DNA of 63,882 bases, filler included, from Candidatus Woesearchaeota archaeon (lineage in GTDB: Archaea > Nanobdellota > Nanobdellia > Woesearchaeales > BM511): the NCBI GenBank assembly GCA_023266675.1. It is 6 parts of 6 records of this genome, joined end to end, with 100 filler letters (N's around TTAATTAATTAA, not from the genome) between each part and the next. Parts side by side here need not be neighbours in the genome. Positions count along the whole stretch, not along the records: positions 42,391 to 48,404 come from JAHFPP010000073.1; positions 48,505 to 54,199 come from JAHFPP010000074.1; positions 54,300 to 59,773 come from JAHFPP010000075.1; 3 more parts are not named here. One strand, given 5' to 3'. How positions within the stretch are numbered: the stretch's first letter is position 1; every line of letters begins with the position of its first letter. The notes below the pieces were generated by a model that saw only the letters and a program-made list of their open reading frames with translations, was not told the origin of the DNA and made no database searches. Positions 47,597 through 57,928 of this stretch are shown piece by piece. A program made the translations under genes and the position numbers.

Positions 47597-48133
47597 ATGG
47601 ATATAAGAATCAGAGGAAAAGACTACAAGATTAATATAATCAAAGATTCATCAGTAAGACGTTCAAGGCAATATTACAACAATATCTTTTTAAGCCTAAG
47701 AAAAATTGGTTTAAGCACGGATGATGTTGATGTAACCTTAGAGAATAATCCGATAAAAAGGATTCCAGCAAGCGCGTCATGGTACATTGACGGGCACCAT
47801 TGCCATTTCAGCTTCAATAAGATGGAGAGATACGTGGACAATATTAACGTCGTATCAAAAGTAATTGAACTAAGCGTGAATGAGCTTCTAAATGAAGAAA
47901 TAACAGCTGAAGAATTCATCTCCGGGTTTAAGGAAGACAAGAATTTCAAGAAGCAAAGAGATGAAGCGCGAGAATTTTTTGGACTTGAAGAGGATCACAT
48001 AGATTTGGAATCAATAAATGCAAAATACAAGCAGCTTGCAAAAGAACTTCACCCTGATATGCCTACTGGAGACGTGTTAAAATTCAAGGAATTAAACACC
48101 CATCATAAAACTCTTAAAAGAGAACTTGAATAA
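47597..48133 (+). CDS. Protein with C-terminal J domain
   Basis: AREFFGL..INAKYKQLAKELHPD..FKELN. Confidence 0.85.
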   Translation: MDIRIRGKDYKINIIKDSSVRRSRQYYNNIFLSLRKIGLSTDDVDVTLENNPIKRIPASASWYIDGHHCHFSFNKMERYVDNINVVSKVIELSVNELLNEEITAEEFISGFKEDKNFKKQRDEAREFFGLEEDHIDLESINAKYKQLAKELHPDMPTGDVLKFKELNTHHKTLKRELE

Positions 48134-48143
48134 ATTTCTTTAG

Positions 48144-48404
48144 TTATATAGTGCCATAATATCCGCTTTGTTTTGGAACTGGATCTAATTTTTTAATTCT
48201 TTCCCATAATCTCTCTTGAGGAACTGGATCAACTTTCATTAAGACATCAGTTAATCCTCCGCGGGAATACAGAAGTCCTCCAAAAAGTTCAGCCTTTCTT
48301 ATTTCATTCAAAGCGTTTGCTACAGCCAAATCATGAAGAGTTGGATTAAGTGACCCGTCTTTTCCATAATTCGCGTTTGCAACTTGAATAGTGATGGTTC
48401 GTAT
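48144..48404 (-). CDS. Hypothetical protein, C-terminal fragment
   Basis: Frame open from gap (YEPSLFKLQTRIMG...) to stop at 48144. Confidence 0.45.
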   Translation of the reverse strand: MRTITIQVANANYGKDGSLNPTLHDLAVANALNEIRKAELFGGLLYSRGGLTDVLMKVDPVPQERLWERIKKLDPVPKQSGYYGTI

Positions 48405-48511
48405 NNNNNNNNNNNNNNNNNNNNNNNNNNNNNNNNNNNNNNNNNNNNTTAATTAATTAANNNNNNNNNNNNNNNNNNNNNNNNNNNNNNNNNNNNNNNN
48501 NNNNGATTGGT

Positions 48512-49267
48512 TTATCCTCCTAGTTCGATGTAAAAGTAGTAAGTTGTCGGGTTTGTTAATGCTACTGCTTCATTTTCTGCAGTTATAGCTTGAAAATCCT
48601 ATTGATTATTGTCAAAACCTGCATGGTCTTGTTCAAGTACAGTCATATAAACTAAATTTGAAAGACTATCTTGTAAAAGAACTTCCTGGAACTTATTTGA
48701 TTCACCGCTACTTTGTGGAGCATCATTAATATATGTTGATATTGCTGGGCAGGTACTGTTTGAATAGGTTAATCCTGATACTATAAATGATTTATGAATG
48801 CTTCCATTAAACGTTTTGTTTATGCTGTTCGCATTTGATGAATTAAGATTTAAGAATGTATCCTCATTTTGTATAACTGTCCGGTTTGAACAGCTTATTG
48901 CTCCCCAACTTACTGTCTGGTTTCTTGAGATATATACGTTACCGGATGAAATTTGTGCAAGATTCCATTCATATATTGAGAATTGTGCTTGGTCTTCTAA
49001 TATCAATTTACCTGATACATTACCTACATACGCTTTCCACGCATAGTTTTGCTGTACCGCATTTATATCTACTGTTGTTATATATCCTCCTTTGTCACCA
49101 ACACTAGCTCGTCCAATTCCTGCAGTGCTTGATGTTTCATTGCTAAGATAGGTTATGCTTGGTTGTGAAGGTACTGCTGTTACATATATAGATAATGAGA
49201 TTAAAGTGATTATAATAAATGAGATTAAGATTTCTTTCTTTTTTGTGTTGTTTTTTGTTTGTCTCAT
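48512..49267 (-). pseudogene. Secreted beta-rich protein (paralogue 1) with in-frame TAG at 48599-48601
   Basis: GGYIT, WKAYVGNVSG, IYEW, EVLL, LEQD..GFD; after TAG the frame continues DFQAITAEN..YYFYIELGG, matching the paralogue 2 C-terminus. Confidence 0.75.
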
Positions 49268-49368
49268 TTTATTTTTATTCTCTTATTTTGTTTTTTTGTT
49301 TTGTTTTTTTTTGTTCTCGTTAATAAAAAATAAAAAAAATAGTATGGAAAGCCTTTCCATCTATCTTT

Positions 49369-50202
49369 TTATTCTAGTTCTACATAAAAAAAGTAAGGTG
49401 TTGTTGATACATCTGTTCCATGTCCGTTTTCTCCAACTAACATTTCAAAGTCGTGTGCTTTTCCGTCAAAGCCTACATAATCCTGTTCAAGTATTGCTGT
49501 GTAAACAATATTTGTCAAACCTGAACCATCAGCTAGTAGCACTTCTCTCCAATGATCTGGGTTATTTCCTGCGCTTTGGTCTCCTTCAACCCATCCTGTT
49601 GCGTTGTGTAGGACTGTTGAGTAACATTCATTTGGTTCTGTTGTTCCATTAATCTGTACTGGTCCAACCCAAAATCTATCATATACGGCGTGCTGTACTA
49701 GTCTTGAGGTTACGCCGTCAGTTCTCATATTGTCAGTTGATATAGTAAATGTGTTATTAACTGAGTCAATTGGGATATTTCCGTTTCTGTCTGGTGTGGC
49801 TGTTAATGTAAATGTGGCTTCTGTGCCGTCAAGAATTGTTGCTTTGTCTGCGCATGCTATTGTTGTCCAGTCAATGCTGTCTACTCTTGCTGCGTAAACT
49901 CGGCCGTTTGGGTTTGTGTTTGTCCAGTCGTATAGTGTTGCGTTGTTTTGGTCACCAAGTACTATTGTACCTGTTATGTTTCCAAAGTACCCTTGCCAGG
50001 TTCTTGTTACTGACCATGCGTTCATGTTTATTTCTGTTATGTTGCCTGCTATTGCATCGTTGCTTGGAGCTCCATATGGGAGTAATCTATAATCTATTTC
50101 TCCTGTTATGCTTCTTGGACCTGTTGGTATTGCAAATCCAAAACTCATTAGAATACATAGTAGCATGGTGTATATTGATATTTTCATAATGCTGCTTCTC
50201 AT
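49369..50202 (-). CDS. Secreted beta-rich protein (paralogue 2), unknown function
   Basis: Signal peptide, AGNITE, WQGYFGNITG, LYDW, EVLL, LEQD..GFD..DFEM.VGEN..YFFYVEL; GGAGG RBS. Confidence 0.85.
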   Translation of the reverse strand: MRSSIMKISIYTMLLCILMSFGFAIPTGPRSITGEIDYRLLPYGAPSNDAIAGNITEINMNAWSVTRTWQGYFGNITGTIVLGDQNNATLYDWTNTNPNGRVYAARVDSIDWTTIACADKATILDGTEATFTLTATPDRNGNIPIDSVNNTFTISTDNMRTDGVTSRLVQHAVYDRFWVGPVQINGTTEPNECYSTVLHNATGWVEGDQSAGNNPDHWREVLLADGSGLTNIVYTAILEQDYVGFDGKAHDFEMLVGENGHGTDVSTTPYFFYVELE

Positions 50203-50490
50203 TGTTTTGTGCCTCCTTCCTTTTTTACCAGATTAGTAATTTTTATTTACTCTGTAACATCTATCGCCAGATATATCTAACAACTACAGAGATATAAGTT
50301 GTTAAACTAATATACTATTTTGTATACTCATATATAAATGTTTCGCATTTGTTTTTCTACTTTTTCTTTAATTTATTAATATTGTAATTTATATGTATTA
50401 TACTTGTGTGACAAATAAGTATTAATTGTTAGTTATTATATAAAATAAAAAGATTTATATACTACAATAATAACTTATATAGTATTTAAT

Positions 50491-50510
50491 TGTATTACAA
50501 GTGTCTTACA
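50491..50510. promoter_or_regulatory. Tandem TGT(A/C)TTACA repeats directly before RHH gene, candidate operator
   Basis: TGTATTACA-AG-TGTCTTACA abutting ATG at 50512; TTATATA box ~15 nt upstream. Confidence 0.4.
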
Positions 50511-50511
50511 G

Positions 50512-50670
50512 ATGGATAAAGAGGCAGAAATAATTAATGTAAGGTTGTCAGAAGAAATAGTCAGATGGCTGGACTCTTTAGTTGAAAAAAATATTTACCG
50601 CAATCGTTCTGAAGCAATAAGAGAGTTTACTCGTGAATATATACTAAAAAGTAGGGAGGCTGCTCAATAA
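50512..50670 (+). CDS. Ribbon-helix-helix (CopG/MetJ/Arc) protein 1 (52 aa)
   Basis: IINVRLSEEIVRWLDSLVEKNIYRNRSEAIRE; TAATG coupling to next gene; missed by ORF track. Confidence 0.88.
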   Translation: MDKEAEIINVRLSEEIVRWLDSLVEKNIYRNRSEAIREFTREYILKSREAAQ

Positions 50671-50939
50671 TGACTTCCTCAGTTGTTAGCGTCAGGATGC
50701 CAGCATCTCTTGTCAGGGAATTAAAGAATTTTTCAGAAAAAAATCATTTTATGGATGTCAGTGACGAGATAAGGTATATTATAAAACAGAAAATGATTGA
50801 AAAAATTGACCCTTTCTCTTTTCAGCTTCAAAGACTAAAAGATGAAATCCGCGGAGAAGTATCAAAAAAGAGTCAGATGGACAGGGTTAGGTTTGTTGAG
50901 GAATTAAATAAAATGCTTGAGGAGCTTAAACGAGGATAA
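50670..50939 (+). CDS. Ribbon-helix-helix protein 2 with C-terminal coiled coil
   Basis: VVSVRMPASLVRELK..HFMDVSDEIR. Confidence 0.82.
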   Translation: MTSSVVSVRMPASLVRELKNFSEKNHFMDVSDEIRYIIKQKMIEKIDPFSFQLQRLKDEIRGEVSKKSQMDRVRFVEELNKMLEELKRG

Positions 50940-50940
50940 A

Positions 50941-53844
50941 ATGGGTAGTAATAATAATTTCAGAAAAAAAGAAATTATTTCGCTTATCCTATTATGCTTC
51001 TTATTTGTATTATCCTTAAAATCAGTCTATTCCTCTCCAGATGATGTTGATAATGATGGATATAATTTGTCTGCTGATTGCAATGATAATAATGCAAGCG
51101 TTTTCCTTAATTTAACCGGATATGCAAATTTTGACGCCGATAATTTCACAAGTGCAGGACCTATAACATTTTGCACTAATGGGACTCTTCCGATTGGATA
51201 TTCTTTAATTCAAAATTCTGAGGATTGTAATGATTATAATTCAAGTGTCTACATAAATTTGACAGCTTTTGCTGATTTTGATGCTGATAATTTCACATTA
51301 GGGTCACAGCTAACATTATGCACAAATGGCACATTGCCACTTTCCTATAAATCTGTTCAAAAATCAGAGGATTGTGATGACTTAAACTATTCTATTAATC
51401 CTAATGCAACAGAAATATATTACAATAATATTGATGATGACTGCAATTCATTAACTAAGGATAATCTAACATTTAATATCGTGACTTCATCTCAGTCTTA
51501 TAATATTGGTGATGCTGTAACCTTTACTATTTATTCAGAGAACCGTTCTAATGTTAATGTAAGTCTCAAAGTTCCAAATAATTATTATGTTTACAAATCC
51601 CAATTTTTAAACCAGACTTATCCTATAACTGACTTAATCCCTTTTACAAAACGAGTCGGAGAATATGTTATTATGGGTGTTGAAACTTATAAGGGGTATA
51701 CTGTTTATCAGAACATATCAGTAAATATTTCAAATTCAATTGCAATCTCACTTAATGGCGCAAGGACTATCAGAGAAAATGAATCATTCTCGCTTTCTGC
51801 TGTAGCAAGTGGCGGATATGGTTCTTCATACAATTATACTTGGTTTTTTAATAATGGAACAATAATTCGCGGAAGCAATATAATATATACACCTAAAATA
51901 CCTGATGATTATGATGTAACTATTAATGCAAAAGACTCTGAAGGAAATGAAAAAAATTCGACTTTTTCGCTTACTGTAAAAAAGATATACTCTACAAGAA
52001 TAATTGTTATTGATAAAACCTCCGAAGGACCGATATCGGACGTTAACATTGATCTTGATGGCAATTCTTTAGTATCTGGTGGAGATGGTTCAGTCATTTT
52101 TAATGAGGTGCGTGGGAAATATGACTTAACTGCCTATAAAGATGGTTATTCAATATATACTAATGATGGTGTGTCTTTCTATGGAAATTCCACTTTTATT
52201 GTAAGGATGTCTCCAATTGATAAATCTGTTCCAGTCATAACACTATATAATAAAACAATTTCTTCCTTTGGGAGTTCAGTTAATATTGATTTCAGTGTTT
52301 CTGATGCTACAAAAACCATTTGCTCTATATACACAAGTTCTGATTCAAACTGGTGGAGCCTAATATATAATATTTCAGATATAACAACAAGTTCAAAACG
52401 TACTTTTATTTTAACTAATCTTGGGGATTTAGATTATAAATATAAATTGGAATGTACTGATTCTGGCGGAAATACTGCGCTTTCAGATGAAGGAATAATA
52501 AACACTGTCACAGAAGTTTTATCTATTACACCTGATTCCATTAACTCCACTGCATTTACAAACATAAATGAATTGAGGGAAGGGTTTATACTTGCAAAAT
52601 CAAATATAGCCAGACTTGGAACTAAAGAAAATGAGGTATATTCAATACTTGGCTTTGATGCTGTGTTAAAAGATGCAGAGAGGTTATCCACTGGGTTTGA
52701 AAGGGATTTAGATTCTATACAAAATCCTCGGTGTCCTGGGCTTAACTGCAACATAAACAGTATTGATAGACAAAAACGTATTAGTGATCTTACTGACAAG
52801 ACAGCAACTTCCCTTGGGAATGTCCCATTAACTATAGAGGTTATACATTCTGAGGAATTTGTGAAGTATCCAACCAAATCAGATATTGAATCCGGGTTAA
52901 AGACTTACTTTGAGTCAAAAAACAAAGTATTGACTAAATCGCAATTGAACAGCATGGTTGAGAAAAACTTTTTGCTTCAGTCAAAGGTTACTGTAAGTGC
53001 AAAAATATATCATTTGAATATAGTTTATCTTAATGGAAAGAATGAAAAATTGACTTTGATAAAGAAAGATTTGGATTTGTATGATAAAGACAATTCCATA
53101 GCAAATAATAGGAATTACTTATTTATAGAGGATATATCAAAAGAGACATCTCAAAATTCAAAGCTTTCCTTTATTTCTCAGTCAAATATTTTAAAAAATA
53201 ACAGCTTATTTGAGGTCGGAGTCTCAGAAAAAAATATAGTTTATACACTAAATCAGGATATTGCAAGCGAAAAGGCTAAGATGGCAAATACCTTATTAAT
53301 CTCCACATCTTTACCTGAGTCAAATCCAATTATAGGCTTTGTGACATCTTCATCTCCTAGTTTTAAAGATATTAATTATACCTACCTAATAATCGGATTG
53401 ATATTTTTTGTTATTATCCTAAGATTATTAATCATGTTTGGTATTTTTGACAGTTTTAAAAATAAATTATTTAATTCTGATGAAAAAGAGTATCATTCAT
53501 TTTTAATGATTATCAACGATGCCAAGGATTATCTGTCTGCAGGTGACGCACAGAAGGCTTCGCTTGTTTATAAAGAGATAAAATTAAGATATGAGAATGT
53601 TTCAGTTAAGACTCGTGAAAGAACCTATTCTGAAATTCTTGAACTCTGTTCAAAGATTGATGAAGATTATATTAAAACACTCGTAAATACAGCTAATGAT
53701 GATTTATCTAAAAAAGACAATAATCATGCTGCAAAAGTTTATTTTGTTATAGAAAATGTTTATAAAAAACTAAAAGATGACTCAAAATCAGTGTTTGAAG
53801 ATGAAATTAAAAAGATATACTCAAAGATAACTGGTGCAAATTAA
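50941..53844 (+). CDS. Large membrane-anchored surface protein (Ca-binding DxDxDG/DCND repeats, PKD/Ig-like domains, TM, cytoplasmic helical tail)
   Basis: Signal peptide; DVDNDGY..DCNDNN, DCDD..INPNATEIYYNNIDDDCN; YNYTWFF; TM IIGLIFFVIILRLLIMF. Confidence 0.85.
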   Translation: MGSNNNFRKKEIISLILLCFLFVLSLKSVYSSPDDVDNDGYNLSADCNDNNASVFLNLTGYANFDADNFTSAGPITFCTNGTLPIGYSLIQNSEDCNDYNSSVYINLTAFADFDADNFTLGSQLTLCTNGTLPLSYKSVQKSEDCDDLNYSINPNATEIYYNNIDDDCNSLTKDNLTFNIVTSSQSYNIGDAVTFTIYSENRSNVNVSLKVPNNYYVYKSQFLNQTYPITDLIPFTKRVGEYVIMGVETYKGYTVYQNISVNISNSIAISLNGARTIRENESFSLSAVASGGYGSSYNYTWFFNNGTIIRGSNIIYTPKIPDDYDVTINAKDSEGNEKNSTFSLTVKKIYSTRIIVIDKTSEGPISDVNIDLDGNSLVSGGDGSVIFNEVRGKYDLTAYKDGYSIYTNDGVSFYGNSTFIVRMSPIDKSVPVITLYNKTISSFGSSVNIDFSVSDATKTICSIYTSSDSNWWSLIYNISDITTSSKRTFILTNLGDLDYKYKLECTDSGGNTALSDEGIINTVTEVLSITPDSINSTAFTNINELREGFILAKSNIARLGTKENEVYSILGFDAVLKDAERLSTGFERDLDSIQNPRCPGLNCNINSIDRQKRISDLTDKTATSLGNVPLTIEVIHSEEFVKYPTKSDIESGLKTYFESKNKVLTKSQLNSMVEKNFLLQSKVTVSAKIYHLNIVYLNGKNEKLTLIKKDLDLYDKDNSIANNRNYLFIEDISKETSQNSKLSFISQSNILKNNSLFEVGVSEKNIVYTLNQDIASEKAKMANTLLISTSLPESNPIIGFVTSSSPSFKDINYTYLIIGLIFFVIILRLLIMFGIFDSFKNKLFNSDEKEYHSFLMIINDAKDYLSAGDAQKASLVYKEIKLRYENVSVKTRERTYSEILELCSKIDEDYIKTLVNTANDDLSKKDNNHAAKVYFVIENVYKKLKDDSKSVFEDEIKKIYSKITGAN

Positions 53845-54199
53845 TATGGTGAAAAAAGTCTTGTTTACGCCGGAAATCAAAAAAACTATTTTGATAGTTG
53901 CACTTATCATTTTGAGTATTCAGGGTATCCTGTTTTTTTCAAAGTTTATCGGTTTTGTTGCTTGGCAGCCAAATCCTAATTCAAATGAGGGCACGCCTTT
54001 AAATGGTGCTCGTGGAGGATATATCACTGAGATGGAGATTAAATATAAAGAGCCTGCGTATTTTTGGAGTGGACTTTATGGTGTTGCGCTGCCTGCTGAA
54101 TCTTATAACAATACTCAAAGTTTTACTCTTTTGTCTGCAGGAGTGGATGAAGAGAATATGGTTTTCCCATGTTTTCCCAATAAAAAGGGAAAATTAATC
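53834..54199 (+). CDS. Secreted beta-rich protein (paralogue 3), truncated by gap
   Basis: TM/signal then ARGGYITE..FWSGLYG, matching the N-terminal motif of 48512-50202 genes. Confidence 0.65.
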
Positions 54200-54367
54200 N
54201 NNNNNNNNNNNNNNNNNNNNNNNNNNNNNNNNNNNNNNNNNNNTTAATTAATTAANNNNNNNNNNNNNNNNNNNNNNNNNNNNNNNNNNNNNNNNNNNNA
54301 TAATATACACATGGATACAAAACGCAGGATTATTAAAATGGTACATGGAAAAACATCACGATAAAAA

Positions 54368-55978
54368 ATGAGCCAAGCAAAAAAATTATTCACAAACGTA
54401 AGAGTAATAATCCTTCTGGTACTTATACTGATATCAATAGTTGCTATAAATCCAAAACCGTCAAATGATGGTGTCGCCATAAGAAGTGTAATGAAGGACA
54501 GCGCAGCAAGCCTTGCAGGAATTCCAGTTCCTAATCCAAAAACGCCACCTGTATCAAAAGAGCGAATCACTTCAATAAATAATGTTCAGATAAAAACTGA
54601 AACAGATTACTATCATTATATATCAACACTTTTGCCAAATCAGACTATCACAATAAAAACAAACAAAGGAGTATATCCCTTAACAGTAAAGCCAATCGTT
54701 ACTGACGGAGAAGTCATTGGCTCTGAAGATATTGGCTTAAGAGTTTATAACGCTCCAAAAAACAATATAAGAAAGGGGCTTGATTTACAAGGCGGAACAA
54801 GAGTACTTCTTGAGCCTGAAACAGTTCTCTCAGCTGAAGACACATCAAGTCTTATTGATAATATGAAAGAAAGGCTGAACATATATGGATTATCAGATTT
54901 AAACATACAGGAAGTAACCAATAGAGAAGGATTCATCGGTGAAGTAAAACACTATATTCTTGTTGAAATAGCAGGGGCATCACAGGAAGATGTAAAGGAT
55001 TTGCTTTCAAAACAGGGAAAATTTGAAGCAAAGATAGGCAATAAAACAGTTTTCCTTGGCGGCGACGATGTAAAAGCAGTATGCAGAACATCTGACTGCG
55101 CAGGAATAGACCCACGGGTAGGATGTTCACCATCTCAAGGAGCATATGCATGCAGATTCAGATTCTCAATTACATTATCAACATATGCAGCGCAAAAACA
55201 GGCAGACATATCTGAAAACCTTGATACAATAATTGAGGGAAATGAAGAATTCTTAAACGAAACACTTGATTTATATCTTGATGATTCACTTGTTGATTCA
55301 CTTAGAATTTCTTCAGACCTTAAAGGAAAGGCGGTTACAGATATATCAATAAGCGGCTCAGGAACAGGACGAATGCAGCAGGAAGCAATTCAGGATTCAC
55401 TTAAGAATATGAAGAAATTACAGACCGTGTTAATAACTGGAAGTCTGCCAGTAAAACTAAGCATAGTCAAAATTGACACACTTTCCCCAGCACTTGGCGA
55501 AGGATTCATCTCAAATATACTCTTAATTGCTTTTGCATCAATAATCTCAGTTGCACTCGTAATCTTTCTAAGATACAGACGCCTTGAAGTCTCACTTCCA
55601 ATAATCTTAATAATGGTCTCAGAAATAGTGATACTTGTTGGAATAGCAGCATTAATCGGATGGAATCTTGATTTGGCAGCAATTGCGGGAATACTTGTGG
55701 CAGTAGGAACAGGTGTAGATTCGCAGATAGTAATCACTGACGAGACACTTCGAGGTGAAAATATCGCTTTCACAAGCTGGAAAGACAGGCTAAAAAAGGC
55801 GTTCTTCATAATAATCGCAACATACTTTGTATCAGTATCATCAATGATTCCATTATTATTTGCAGGCGCCGGCTTACTCAAAGGATTTGCGCTCACAACA
55901 ATAATTGGTGTAACAATAGGCGCATTTGTAACACGGCCGGCATACGCAAGCATTTCAGAGATACTTATTAACAAATAA
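54368..55978 (+). CDS. secD: Protein translocase subunit SecD (with PDZ-like insert)
   Basis: GLDLQGGTRV, RLNIYGLSD, GSLPVKL, LDLAAIAGIL..GTGVDSQIVITDE, LKGFALTTIIG. Confidence 0.95.
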   Translation: MSQAKKLFTNVRVIILLVLILISIVAINPKPSNDGVAIRSVMKDSAASLAGIPVPNPKTPPVSKERITSINNVQIKTETDYYHYISTLLPNQTITIKTNKGVYPLTVKPIVTDGEVIGSEDIGLRVYNAPKNNIRKGLDLQGGTRVLLEPETVLSAEDTSSLIDNMKERLNIYGLSDLNIQEVTNREGFIGEVKHYILVEIAGASQEDVKDLLSKQGKFEAKIGNKTVFLGGDDVKAVCRTSDCAGIDPRVGCSPSQGAYACRFRFSITLSTYAAQKQADISENLDTIIEGNEEFLNETLDLYLDDSLVDSLRISSDLKGKAVTDISISGSGTGRMQQEAIQDSLKNMKKLQTVLITGSLPVKLSIVKIDTLSPALGEGFISNILLIAFASIISVALVIFLRYRRLEVSLPIILIMVSEIVILVGIAALIGWNLDLAAIAGILVAVGTGVDSQIVITDETLRGENIAFTSWKDRLKKAFFIIIATYFVSVSSMIPLLFAGAGLLKGFALTTIIGVTIGAFVTRPAYASISEILINK

Positions 55979-56035
55979 TCTTTTCTAAATATTTTTTTAG
56001 CAATATTTTTATATGCAAGACTTTAAAACAGTTAT

Positions 56036-57652
56036 ATGTTTTTTAAAAAAGATGAAAATAAAATCACTCTGGCTTTGCAGGGTAAAAAATCAGTTCTTCC
56101 AGAATTAATAGAAAAGGCAATAGATGAAGATGAAAAGTTTGCAGAAAAACAATATCACATTGATAGACTAATTGACAATGCTGCAAAACTCTACGAGTTA
56201 AACAAAGTTGAATCCAAAGTTTACAAAGATATAAAACTTCACCTTCGATGGGCTGCACCAAAAGAGATAACTGGTTTTTTAGTCAAAAGCAACAAATTAT
56301 CTGAAGGAATAATAAAAATATGCAAAATATCTTACGCAGGGATGTCTAACTCAATAGAGACATCAAATAATATTGGAAATGAGATTGAAAGATTAAATCA
56401 ATATGGCATAAAAAATAAAGAGATCTCAGCGCTTTTTGAAGCAAACAACAGACGTTTGCAGAATTTAGAGAATATCACTAAACTTCTAAACATAATAACT
56501 TCACATCTCCTAACTATATCTGAATCAACAAAGAAAGCAGTTCTGTGCAAAGATAAAAATGAATACGAAGAGCTCTTAAGACAAATTGACAACCAGAAAT
56601 CAAATCTTATTGAAATAATAAAAATTGAGCTTGAACTTACAAAAGAGGAAGAATCAATATTGCTTATAGATTCAAACTTAATCAATGAGCGATTTAATTC
56701 TAAAGGATTATTGAATATAAATAAAAAATTAAAAGAATTAAAAAATAATCGTGTTAAAACTAAATTAACAAAGATTGTTGCTGGCACGCTTTTATTTGCG
56801 CATATAGCAGGCATTGGCACAAGCACGTACCTCTTTACTCATCATATGCCTATCCAGACTAATCAGATTGTAAATCAAGATATCTCTAAAAAGTTATCTG
56901 AGCAAAAACAAAATATAACAAAAGAAAGCATTGTTTTTAAAAGTAAAGACGGACTTAATCTTCATGGAGATTTTTATAAAAACTCTAAAGCAGATCCTTC
57001 AAAAGCCATTGTATTAATCCACGGATGGGCTGCAAATAGATCTCAGATGCTTTCATTTGTCGAGAAATATATTGCTGATTATAACGTGTTTGTATATGAT
57101 TCAAGAGGCGCTGGGGAAAATGAATTCAACTCAACAGGGCTTGGTTTTGAAGAAAGGTTAGATCTAGTCGGCGCATTGGGCATGTTATCTTCAAAAGGAG
57201 TTAAAGATGTTGTGCTTCAAGGACTTTCAATGGGAGCAGCTACAATAGCGTTTACGCTTGGCGAAGAAAAAATTGATAATATAAAAATCAGCGGAGTCGT
57301 ACTTCAGGGAATGTATGCAAATCAGGGAGCAACACAGGTGCATTACAATGAAACATTGAACCATATGCCTCCAACAATATCCAAACCTGCAGGATTGATT
57401 CTAAAAATGATAAAAGGAAAAAACTTATCTGAGATATCCACCTTAAATGAAATTCACAAAATAAATGTTCCAATACTTCTGGTTTATAATGATAAAGATC
57501 CACAGCTTGTTTCATCAGACAATGAGATGCTGTCGAAGGAAGTAAATAAAAAGTCAAATTCACAGGTATTAGTGATTCATGGGAGCAAGCACGTTGATAT
57601 GTCAGCAGGAACACAGGAAGGAATGTATAAATTCATAAAAGATATTTTTTAA
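56036..57652 (+). CDS. Alpha/beta hydrolase with long N-terminal coiled coil and TM helix
   Basis: VLIHGW, YDSRGAG, GLSMG (GxSxG), D..DP, H; helical N-terminal ~240 aa. Confidence 0.85.
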   Translation: MFFKKDENKITLALQGKKSVLPELIEKAIDEDEKFAEKQYHIDRLIDNAAKLYELNKVESKVYKDIKLHLRWAAPKEITGFLVKSNKLSEGIIKICKISYAGMSNSIETSNNIGNEIERLNQYGIKNKEISALFEANNRRLQNLENITKLLNIITSHLLTISESTKKAVLCKDKNEYEELLRQIDNQKSNLIEIIKIELELTKEEESILLIDSNLINERFNSKGLLNINKKLKELKNNRVKTKLTKIVAGTLLFAHIAGIGTSTYLFTHHMPIQTNQIVNQDISKKLSEQKQNITKESIVFKSKDGLNLHGDFYKNSKADPSKAIVLIHGWAANRSQMLSFVEKYIADYNVFVYDSRGAGENEFNSTGLGFEERLDLVGALGMLSSKGVKDVVLQGLSMGAATIAFTLGEEKIDNIKISGVVLQGMYANQGATQVHYNETLNHMPPTISKPAGLILKMIKGKNLSEISTLNEIHKINVPILLVYNDKDPQLVSSDNEMLSKEVNKKSNSQVLVIHGSKHVDMSAGTQEGMYKFIKDIF

Positions 57653-57661
57653 TGGTAAACA

Positions 57662-57850
57662 ATGATAACTAAAAAACTAAAAAAAGCAATAAAAAAGCTT
57701 GACAAGCATGTAGTTCAAAAAGGAACACTGCTAAAGAAAGAGTTAAGAAAAGCAGCAGACGATATTGAACCTGTAATCAAAGAGGCAAGAAAAAGTCTTC
57801 TAAAACTTGGTAAAAGAATAAATAAAAAAATTATAAAATACCATCATTAA
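57662..57850 (+). CDS. Small basic hypothetical protein
   Basis: 62-aa Lys-rich amphipathic ORF directly after hydrolase gene. Confidence 0.55.
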   Translation: MITKKLKKAIKKLDKHVVQKGTLLKKELRKAADDIEPVIKEARKSLLKLGKRINKKIIKYHH

Positions 57851-57928
57851 TTGAAATAGTCATATAACTTTTTATTCCATTAATTTATTTTTTATAACTC
57901 TAATCTGAAAACATTTATTAACACGTAC

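Noticed and set aside
54244..54570. Minus-strand ORF running into the gap, and an apparent secD duplication
   Set aside because: Antisense to secD; the duplicate is a contig overlap
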